From Flavobacteriales bacterium (GTDB taxonomy: Bacteria; Bacteroidota; Bacteroidia; Flavobacteriales_D; Crocinitomicaceae), in assembly GCA_947453715.1 (NCBI GenBank), contig CANGHX010000001.1, positions 1-60,567 of the forward strand: a DNA stretch of 60,567 bases, written 5' to 3'. A model generated the notes under the pieces. That model was not told the DNA's origin. It saw only the letters and a list, made by a program, of their open reading frames with translations, and searched no databases. How positions within the stretch are numbered: position 1 is the stretch's first letter; the number at the start of each line of letters is the position of its first letter. A program made the translations under genes and the position numbers. Shown here piece by piece: positions 37,190 through 47,200 of the stretch.

Positions 37190-38053
37190 ATGTGTTTTCC
37201 AGAATCAGAATTAGTCTTAACGGGCGAAGGAAAAGTTTACCATTTAGGTTTACTTCCTGAAAATATTGCTCAAAAAATAATTTTGGTCGGAGATCCAGAT
37301 CGCGTTGAAATTGTTGCTTCTTTTTTTGATGAAATTCTATTTGAAACGAATCACAGAGAATTTTATACTAAAACAGGGATTTTCAACGGAACAAAAATAA
37401 CAGTTATTTCTACAGGGATTGGAACTGATAATATTGACATTGTCATCAATGAATTAGATGCATTAGTAAATATTGATCTAAAAAACAGAACTGAGAAAGA
37501 AAATAAAACAACTTTAGAAATTGTAAGAATTGGAACATGTGGAATCTTAAATCCATCGGTTCCAATTCTTTCTTATATTCTTTCAAATTTTTCTTTTGGT
37601 TTGGACAATATTGCTCATTTCTATGCTATTGATTTTACATCTCAAGAAATAAATTTAAATCAAACAATTAACGAACATATTCAGCTTCCAAAGACAATTC
37701 ATACGTATGTAGCTCAATCTTCGGAGCGATTAAACGCAAAATTAATTTCAGAAAAAACAGTTCAAGGAATTACAGTTACAAGTAGTGGATTTTATGGGCC
37801 TCAAGGTCGTCAATTAAGAATTGGATTAGCTACTAATGACATGAATGAAAAATTATCTTCTTACAATAAAGATAATTTAACAATCAATAATTTCGAAATG
37901 GAAAGTTCCGCATTACATGTTCTTGGAAAAGCTCTTGGTCATGATTGCTCAACAATTTGCTTAGGTATTGGAAATAGACAAACAAAAGAATTTGCTACCT
38001 CGTATCAAACTGAAATGAATGAATTGATTCGATATGTATTGGGAAGAATTTAA
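37190..38053 (+). CDS. nucleoside phosphorylase family protein (PNP/UDP-1 fold, uridine phosphorylase-like)
   Basis: VGDPDRV, STGIGTDNID, RIGTCG and EMESSAL motifs; 287 aa. Confidence 0.7.
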   Translation: MCFPESELVLTGEGKVYHLGLLPENIAQKIILVGDPDRVEIVASFFDEILFETNHREFYTKTGIFNGTKITVISTGIGTDNIDIVINELDALVNIDLKNRTEKENKTTLEIVRIGTCGILNPSVPILSYILSNFSFGLDNIAHFYAIDFTSQEINLNQTINEHIQLPKTIHTYVAQSSERLNAKLISEKTVQGITVTSSGFYGPQGRQLRIGLATNDMNEKLSSYNKDNLTINNFEMESSALHVLGKALGHDCSTICLGIGNRQTKEFATSYQTEMNELIRYVLGRI

Positions 38054-38140
38054 CTTTTTGTTGGGTAACAATAAATTAAAAATCTTTTAAAATATTAATT
38101 TTAAAAATTAAAAACACCACTTCTGACTTCGGATTACCGT

Positions 38141-38175
38141 TGTCATCCTCCTCTATCCTCCTTCTAAGGAGGAAG
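38141..38175 (+). repeat. GC-rich palindromic intergenic element, copy 2
   Basis: Sequence TGTCATCCTCCTCTATCCTCCTTCTAAGGAGGAAG. TCCTCCTT (38156-38163) is the reverse complement of AAGGAGGA (38166-38173), and a second TCCTCCT arm lies at 38146-38152. It aligns with copy 1 at 1751-1783. Confidence 0.6.
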
Positions 38176-38204
38176 TTTAAAAATTTTCAAATGAAATGCA
38201 AAAT

Positions 38205-38909
38205 CTAAAATTTACTCAAGGCTTTCAACATTCGAATAACCCGTTCTCTATCAATCTGTAAACATTCCTCCGAAAAAAGTGAATCTTCATCAATAAACTT
38301 TTTGATCGTTCCTGAAAAATGAATTGCATTTGGTTTAATTTCTTGAGAAATTTTCAAGATATTTGATGAACTCACACCACCACCTGCCATGATTTCAATT
38401 CGACCGTCGGCATATTCAACCAACTTTTTTAGTGATTCAAATCCTTTATCTACTGAGCGAGACAAGCCTGAAGTTAAAATACGATTAACACCTAATTCTA
38501 CTAATAAATCCATCGATTTTTTCCAATCCACACATTCATCAAAAGCTCTATGAAATGTCAACTGCATTCCCTGACATTTAGAAACAATTTCTTTCATTGC
38601 TTCACGATCTATTTCATTATTATTTGTTAAAGCACCAAATACAATACCATGAACTCCAATCGATTTACAAGCAAGTATATCACGAATAACAACTTCTAAT
38701 TCTTCTTCATTATAAATGAAACCTCCAACTCGCGGACGAATTAATACATTTGTTTCTATACCATATGCAATTGCATACTCTATCATACCAAACGAAGGAG
38801 TAATTCCTCCTTGCTCTAAATTTTGACACAATTCAATTCGATCAAAATTCAATTCTTTCGCCACTCGAATAGCTTCTAATGAAGCTGCGCATAATTCTGT
38901 TTTCATCAT
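38205..38909 (-). CDS. cutC: CutC-family TIM-barrel protein (annotated copper homeostasis protein)
   Basis: ELCAASLEAI..A...GADRIELC-like N-terminus, with HRAFD and ILTSG motifs. It has a 4-nt overlap with the upstream GH20 gene. Confidence 0.85.
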   Translation of the reverse strand: MMKTELCAASLEAIRVAKELNFDRIELCQNLEQGGITPSFGMIEYAIAYGIETNVLIRPRVGGFIYNEEELEVVIRDILACKSIGVHGIVFGALTNNNEIDREAMKEIVSKCQGMQLTFHRAFDECVDWKKSMDLLVELGVNRILTSGLSRSVDKGFESLKKLVEYADGRIEIMAGGGVSSSNILKISQEIKPNAIHFSGTIKKFIDEDSLFSEECLQIDRERVIRMLKALSKF

Positions 38910-41197
38910 TTTATCACTTCAACTTCATCAATAAATGTCCATGGATGAAACCCTTCTCCAGGTTGACCTTCCGGAATTTTATGATCTGCAATTATTTGAA
39001 CTTTGATATATCGTGCCTTTTTATTGACTTTTTGAGTAAAATATTCAGTTGCATCTGCTTTTGGAAGGGCAGTCCAATTAGCATTATCTTTTGAAACACT
39101 AATCTCAACATGTTGAGGTAAATAAATCCAGGATGATTTTGCCATTAAAAATCCAATGTTCATTTTTTTAATTTTTGAAGATTTCAAAAGATCGAGTTCG
39201 AATTGAATGGTATCTACATCAAATCCTAACCACTCATCTCCTTTCCAAGGTCTTGAACCCCGCACTCCATCAAACAACGCTAAATTTTCACGATTGTTAA
39301 ATTTCGGATTTGGTTTCGTTATTAAATTTACTGGTAAACCAATAGTTGAATTTGAGTTAATTTCAAATCTTAATGCTTTTTTCAAGGTTTCAGCTTTTAC
39401 AGTAATTGTTGAGATTTTAGTGAAATTTGATTTTCGTGTTCGATCAAAATACAATGTGTCTTTTTGAGTAATTTGATTATGAATTGTAACAGTATGATTA
39501 TTAAAACTAGGCTTTTCTACTTTTTCTAATTCAAATTTCTCATCTGCAACAATCGAATGAACAACAATACCAATTCCATTTTTTGTTCGTAAATAATCAA
39601 TCTTTGGATACATTATTGCTTTTGAATAATTCACTTTTAAACGGTCTAAAAGTTTGAATTGATGTACAACTAATTCTTTTTCAAAATCAACATAAGTTGG
39701 TTTTTGAGTCGTCCAAAGCGCTTGAGACATTGCCAACATTCTTGGAAAAGCCATATATTCCAATTGCTTAATGTTAGGTATATATTCTGTCCAAACATTT
39801 GCTTGTCCACCTAATATGTAAACTCTATCCTGAATATTTAATTCTTTTGGAATTGGATCGAAAGAATATACTTTTTCTAACGTCAGAAAGCCTCCAATCG
39901 CTAAAGGTTCTGTTGAACTTGACGCTTGATAATGATCAAAATAACAATGTGATGAGGGAGACATTACGACAGCATGTTTTTGTTTTGCAGCTTCTAACCC
40001 ACCACTTTCTCCTTGCCATGACATAACTGTTGCATTAGGTGAAAGACCTCCTTCTAGGATTTCATCCCAACCGATTAATTTACGACCTTTTGAAGTTAGA
40101 TAGACATCTATTTGTTTGATAAAATAGGATTGTAAAGCATGTTCATCTTTCAACCCATTTTCTTTCATCACTTTTTGACAATTCTCACATTCTTTCCATC
40201 GTGTTTTGGGAGCTTCATCACCACCTATGTGAATGTATTCAGAAGGAAAAAGCGATAATACCTCATCTAGAATTTTCTTATTGAAATCAATCGTTTCCAT
40301 TTTTGAACAATAGATATCATCAAAAACACCCCACAACCCTTCTACTCCATGTTTCAAACCTGTACACGAATATTCTGGATAAGCAGCAAGAGCAGCTCTA
40401 GCATGTCCTGGCATTTCAATTTCAGGAATTACGGAAATGTATCGATCTGTAGCATATTTTACAATATCTTTAATTTGAGCTTGAGTGTAAAAACCTCCAT
40501 ACTTTCCTTTTGAATATTGATTTGGTTTTGAATTCGCATGACCAATCACAGTACTATCTCTCCACGCTCCAATTTCAGTTAATTTTGGAAATTGTTTAAT
40601 TTCAATTCTCCAACCTTGATCATCCGTTAAATGCCAATGAAATTTGTTGAATTTATAAAACGCCATCAAATCGATGTATCTTTTCACCTCATCAACCGAG
40701 AAAAAATGCCTACTCACATCTAAATGCATACCTCGCCATTCAAATTTTGGAGCATCATCTACAAAGCATTTTGGAATTACAAATGAATCCTGATTTTGTT
40801 TAACTAATTGTAAAAATGAATTAACCGCATAAAAACAACTTTGTTCAGAACTATAAGTAATAGTTATATCATCTGCTACATTTATTGAATATGAATCTTT
40901 GGGTACATTTCGAAAAGTTTTAAAATTTAACTGACCTTTACTGGTTGTATATCTTAAACTAATCCCATATAATTTTCTGAATTCAATCGTTAAATAATTT
41001 TGAATTTCTAAAGGCAAGTTGGTTGTATTAATTAACAACTCATTATCTAAATTAAAATCTTCACCCGTTGCAATATAAACTGATGGATTAGGAACAATTG
41101 GTGATTGTTTCGTTACTGTATTTTGTGAAAATAGAAAATTATAATTCCCAATCAGAAAAAGTAAAAAAACTAATGTATTAATAAAATTTCGACTCAT
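38906..41197 (-). CDS. GH20 beta-N-acetylhexosaminidase with a C-terminal F5/8 type C (discoidin) domain
   Basis: RGMHLDVSRHF, HWHLTDDQGWRIEI and HIGGDE catalytic motifs, with a signal peptide; 763 aa. Confidence 0.9.
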   Translation of the reverse strand: MSRNFINTLVFLLFLIGNYNFLFSQNTVTKQSPIVPNPSVYIATGEDFNLDNELLINTTNLPLEIQNYLTIEFRKLYGISLRYTTSKGQLNFKTFRNVPKDSYSINVADDITITYSSEQSCFYAVNSFLQLVKQNQDSFVIPKCFVDDAPKFEWRGMHLDVSRHFFSVDEVKRYIDLMAFYKFNKFHWHLTDDQGWRIEIKQFPKLTEIGAWRDSTVIGHANSKPNQYSKGKYGGFYTQAQIKDIVKYATDRYISVIPEIEMPGHARAALAAYPEYSCTGLKHGVEGLWGVFDDIYCSKMETIDFNKKILDEVLSLFPSEYIHIGGDEAPKTRWKECENCQKVMKENGLKDEHALQSYFIKQIDVYLTSKGRKLIGWDEILEGGLSPNATVMSWQGESGGLEAAKQKHAVVMSPSSHCYFDHYQASSSTEPLAIGGFLTLEKVYSFDPIPKELNIQDRVYILGGQANVWTEYIPNIKQLEYMAFPRMLAMSQALWTTQKPTYVDFEKELVVHQFKLLDRLKVNYSKAIMYPKIDYLRTKNGIGIVVHSIVADEKFELEKVEKPSFNNHTVTIHNQITQKDTLYFDRTRKSNFTKISTITVKAETLKKALRFEINSNSTIGLPVNLITKPNPKFNNRENLALFDGVRGSRPWKGDEWLGFDVDTIQFELDLLKSSKIKKMNIGFLMAKSSWIYLPQHVEISVSKDNANWTALPKADATEYFTQKVNKKARYIKVQIIADHKIPEGQPGEGFHPWTFIDEVEVIK

Positions 41198-41297
41198 TAT
41201 TCCAAACGATTAATTAGCATCTAATTGCACTATTAGCTCAATAATAATTCAAGTTAATATATTCGTTGAAATTAAGAAAAAAAATAATACAATTAGA

Positions 41298-44200
41298 TTA
41301 TTTTAATACGTTCACATGCCCTACATCTACATGTCGTTGTTGACTATTTTTCTCTTTAAATAGCACTTTCCATACATATGTGTCATCTTGTACTAGAACT
41401 CCATCAACACCATATCTTCCATTCCATCCTTTAGAAGGATCATGTGACTCAAAAATAAGTTCCCCCCATCGATCAAAAATCAATAATGTAAACTCATAGA
41501 TATCTATGCCTGAAGAAAAAATTGGTAAAAAAGTTTGATTTATTTCATCACCATCAGGAGTAAAAGTATTAGGAATAAAATATAACAATTGTTCAACAAC
41601 ATTAACTTTTAAATTTGCAGTATCAGTGCATCCCGATGGAGAATATGCTATTAACGTAATTAAATAATCGACATATTCATTATTTGGATAAGTATGTATC
41701 GGAGAAGTTTCTATTGAATTACCACCATCACCAAATGTCCAAGTGTAATTAAATGCACCAACGCTTGTATTTGTAAATTCACATGTCGTATTTGAATTTG
41801 GCATTGAAATCTGAGAAGAATTAAATGCAGCAATAGGTAATGCCTCAACACAAACTAAATCATAATTCGTTTTAGAAGTAACGCAATTATTTGCAGTTGT
41901 ACCAGTCAAAATCACATCAAAACATTTATTTCCTAGGTCATTTGTATATGTGTGTGTTACAGGCCCACAACCTGAATATTGAGTTCCATCTCCAAAATCC
42001 CAATTACAACCAGATAAATTCTGAGTTTCATTCGTGAATGTTACAGTAACAGGAGAACATCCAAAAGTGATATTTGGACTAAAAGTTACATTTGGAATTA
42101 ATTCTAATTCTACCGAAACTTGATCTGACGCTTGGCATCCATTCGCATCTATTCCGACAACCGTATAGGTAGCACTTTGAATAGGAACAAAAGGAACACC
42201 ATTTACAATATTTCCATTCCAACTATAAGTTGAAGCGCCGGTAGCAGATAAAACAATTGTTGAACCAGGACAAATCAAAGTATCAAGCCCTGCATTAACA
42301 ATAGGTAAAGGATTTACTGTTACCAATACTTGATCTGAATCTTGACATCCATTTGCATCTGTTCCGACAACAGTGTAAGTAACAGTTCCTAAAGATGGAG
42401 CGAATGATAATCCATTAATAACACTATTATCCCATGAATATGATTGAGCTCCAGAGCCAGATAATGAAACAAAATCTCCGATACATATCTCTAAATCTGA
42501 ACCAGCATTTACAATTGGATTTGGAAAAACTGTGATGACAACTTGATCAGAATTAACGCAATTGTTTACACTTGTTCCAGTTACTGTGTAAGTATTCACA
42601 CCAGCATTTGGAATGAATGGAACTCCATTTGTAACACCATTATTCCAACTATAAGTTGAAGCTCCTGAACCATTTAACATTACACTCTGACCAAAACAGA
42701 AAAATTGATCCGGCCCAGCTTGCACAACAGGCAGAGGATATACTGTCACTGTGGCTTGATCTGCATTTTGACATCCATTAATATCTGTTCCTATAACAGC
42801 ATAAGAAGTTGTACCGATAGGCGCTGTGAAAGGAACACCATTTAAAACTCCTTGATCCCAAGTATAAGTTAAAGCACCAGTAGCGTTTAATGTTACTTGA
42901 ACACCTTGACAAACAGGAGTTACAATCCCTCCATCTATAATTGGCAAAGGATTGACAGTAACTATTACTTGATCTGTTATACTACAACCATTAATATCAG
43001 TTCCAAGAACAGTGTATGTATTTGTAACCATAGGAGAAAAAGCTACTCCGTTCTGAACCCCAAAATCCCATATATAATTTATTGCACCCGTCGCTGTTAA
43101 AGTAATAGAATCCCCAAAGCACAAAGAAGCATTGTTTCCAGCATTTAAATTAGGTAATGGATTAACTGTTACATGGACTTGATCTGAATTCTGACAACCA
43201 TTAACATCTGTTCCAACGACAGTATATGTTAATTGACCTACAGCTTGATTAAAAGGAATTCCATTTACAGCACCATGATCCCACACATAACTTAAAGCAC
43301 CATTCGCAGACAACGTAATTAAGTTAGGAGTACAAACAATAATATCATTCCCTCCATCTACAATTGGTAATGCATGAACTATAAGTGTTACATTTGCGGT
43401 ACTATCACAGCCTGTAACAGCAGGAAAAGTTTGTGAATAAACTCCAGCAACGGATTGGTTAATCCCATGAATTAATGAAGTTTGACCTTGGCAAATTTCT
43501 ACAGTGTAATTATTTACGATAATTGGGTTTTCTATTAAAATTAAACCTGCAGTTGTTGCACTACATCCAAAAGCATTTGTAACAATTACCGAAATTGGAT
43601 TATTTGCAATCGTTGCGTTAATTGAAGAACTTGTTGATCCATTACTCCAAGAATAAGTTGAATATGCTTGCGTTGTAGAAATCAAAGACGTAAATCCAAA
43701 ACAGTATTCAGTTGCACCGGTCAAAATAGGAGAAGGATTTGGATTGACTGTTACAATTGTTTGATCAGTGTTTTGACAGCCATTCACATCTGTTCCTGTT
43801 AAAGTATAAGTTATAGTCCCTAATGCTGGAGTAAATAGAACTCCATTTGATGCGCCATTATTCCAACCATAAGTTACAGAACCTAAACCAGTCAAAGATA
43901 TTTGAGTACCAAGACAAACTGTTTGATCAGGACCAGCATTCACAATTGGTAATTGATTGACGTTTACAATTAATTGATCCGTATTTTGACAGCCATTTAA
44001 ATCTACCCCTATAACAGTATAAGTTACTGTAGTAGAAGGTAAAAAAGAAACATTGTTCAAAACACCATTATCCCAAGTAAGGCTGGGTGCGCCAGAAGCT
44101 GACAAAGTAACATTTGTTCCAAAACATACGGTTTGATCTGTTCCAGCATTTATTATTGGTAAAGGATTTACTAAAATTGAAACATTATCAGAAGCAAAAC

Positions 44201-47200
44201 AACCATTAGCATCTGTTCCTGTTACACTGTAATTATTAAAACCTAAACTTGGTGTACATGAGACTCCATTTGTAATTCCATTATTCCATACATAAGAAAT
44301 AGCTCCAGTTGCCGTTAATACCGTTGAACTACCAATACATATTGCTTGATTAGGTCCCGCATTAACAATTGGTAAAGCATTAACAAAAATAATCATTGTA
44401 TCAGTTCCGAAGCATGCATTTGTATCTAACCCTGAAACAACATAAGTCGTCGTAACAGAAGGAGAGACATTCAACGGATTACCTACACCTAAACCATTAT
44501 CCCAATTGTATATATTTCCATTGTATGCATTTAATACTGCTAAATTTCCAGAACAAATTGTTGTATCTGGACCAGCAGCCAAAACTGAATGCGAAAACAT
44601 AGTTACATGAACTGAATCCACATTCACACAACCTTGAGCTGAAGTACCTATTACTGTATATGTTGTATCAACTGTTGGAGTAAAAGGAACTCCATCTGAT
44701 ATTCCTCCATTCCAAACATAAGTTGAAGCACCTGTGGCACTCAATGTTAATGTATTATTTACACAAACACCCTTATCTGGTCCGGCATTTACATTTGGCA
44801 ATGGAGAAACAGTTATTAATACTGAATCTTTCCCTGAACACCCCGTTCCTAGGTCAACTCCTGTCAAGACATAGTAAATACCACCAACTGCAGGAGTAAA
44901 TGGAACACCATCTGCAACTCCATTATTCCATGAAAAAGTTAATCCTGTTACATTTGAAGCATTGACAGTTGTCGAATTTCCAATACAAAAAGCTTGATCA
45001 ATTCCAGCGTCAACTACTGGAGCAGCAGTAACATTTACTGTAACATTATCTGATGCACTACAACCAAAAAGATTAGTTCCAGTTACGGTATATGTTGTGC
45101 TACCAATCGAAGGAACAAAAGAAACACTGTCTGAAATTCCGTGGTCCCAAGTGTATGTAACTGCGCCTGAACCAAAAAGAACTACAGATGTTCCTTCACA
45201 AACTGTCTGATCTGGACCTGCTGAAACGACAGGTAAAGGAGTAATTGTAATATTAAAAGTGTCTTTACCAAAACATGTTGGTGCAGGAGAAGTATAAATT
45301 ATATTATAATTCCCGGGAGTTGAATGCGAAATATCAATTTCACCAGTTGAAGAATTGATTATTAGTCCAGCAGTTGAACTAAACACACCTCCTGTAATGC
45401 CTGTTATTGTAGGAAATTGATTGGCTGCTGTTAAACAATAGCCAGGTTGGGAATACGAAAAACTAGCATCTTGAGGACCAATAAAGGTCCCCGAAACTGT
45501 TTGAGGACAACCATTCCCATCAGTCACAGTAAATGACCAATTTTGACCGTTTTGCAATCCTTGAATTCCAATTGTTCCACCTAAAGCAGTCGTAGTATTT
45601 GTAAAGGTTGCTGTAAGTGGTAATAAGTTTGATGCTGTATAATTTCCGCCATAGAACTGAGGGTAACCTCCATTTAAAGTAATTGCAGCAGTTCCTAAAT
45701 AACAATCTTGACTAATAGTTGGAGTAATTGGATTCAAATACTGAACCGTCATTGCTTGAGCTAATTCAAGATCATAACAAGTAGAATTTATTACCTGATT
45801 GCTTACCGATAAAAAAGTCATCGGGACAATGTAAAACGTATTATTTGTAAGTAAACCTAAACTTGATAAGAAAGCATTCGAACTACCACCGTTATTTATT
45901 AATGTAATATCTTTAGTAGTTAGCGAAGTAACATAACATGGATCTGTAGTTGGATCAACACCTACGCCAGAAACGGTTGGCGGACAACTATAAACAAAAT
46001 ATCCTAATCCTGGGTCTACATTTGGAGCAATTAGAGGAATTGAGAAATTGTTATTTGAAGTTGAACTAAAACTATCAGTATCACATAAAATGTAGGTATG
46101 AGTAGAATGTCCTGACATACTTGGTGTTACTGTCCCTGCTTGATCTCCAGGAAATGCAACAGGAAGTGTAAAAGAAATAGTTTGTTTACAAGTTGTATCA
46201 TTCGAAAAATAAACCTGAATACTACAAGGTTGACCATCAGCATTTGTTCCGAATAATGAGTAATTAACTGGTGAATTAAAAGGATGAGAATCGACAATTA
46301 TTTGATTCCCTTGACAATCTTTCACTATTAAATTACCAGAATGCGGTGCATCTGTGAACTCAATAACACCAGTAGTTGTATATTGATCAGAACATTGAGC
46401 AATTGTTGAAACTGCCGTAAAATTTGTTATTGTACATTGTGGACATCCTCCTTGACCAGGTGCCAAAACTGTAAAACAAACTTGTTCAGTATAAGGACAA
46501 CCAAATTCATCAGTCGCCTGATAATTATAGCAAGAAGTTCCAGCTGAAGTTGGCGAAACAACAATTTGATCTCCTGAGTTACTTATTATTGAAGGATCAG
46601 AAGCCCAAGACGAATTTGTGATATTTGGAATAAATTGAGAACCTCCAGGAAAAATAACTGGATCAAAATTCAAAGCCCATTGAAATGTATTTCCATCATT
46701 AGTAGCAGTATTATCATTCACTTGAATTGTCCAATTACCATTTAAAGGGCAACCTATTAAGCTTGAAAAATTACCAGAAGGCAAATATGCTCCAGTTGCA
46801 ATTGAATTACTTAAAGGAGTACCAGATAGGACAGTTGGTCCTCCTACTAATGATGTAGCGCCAGTCATCGAAAAACAATATTCAAATCCCGAACCTAGCC
46901 CCGGTGCATTTGCAATTGGATTCCCTAAATAAATTCCATTCCCTCCACTGGCAAATGATTTCAATATAACACTTTGACCATTTGGACAAATCAATTTTAG
47001 CTCTAAATTACCTAGATTAGAGTGTTCCAAATCTATGCAAACACTTTGTAAATTATTCGCATTTGTTACTGTTTGACCAACATTGAAAGCTGAAATTGTA
47101 TTTCCAATATTTAAAATTCCATTTGCATCAGGAATAGCATGCTGACCAACAACCGGAGGTATAATTAAATCTATCTCCACAGGTTCAACCATACCTGTTA

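Noticed and set aside
42113-45239. Regular ~210-bp periodicity that might be mistaken for a CRISPR-like or satellite array
   Set aside because: The period sits inside one uninterrupted 2231-codon reading frame and corresponds to ~70-aa protein modules. The units are diverged rather than identical, and there is no repeat/spacer alternation.
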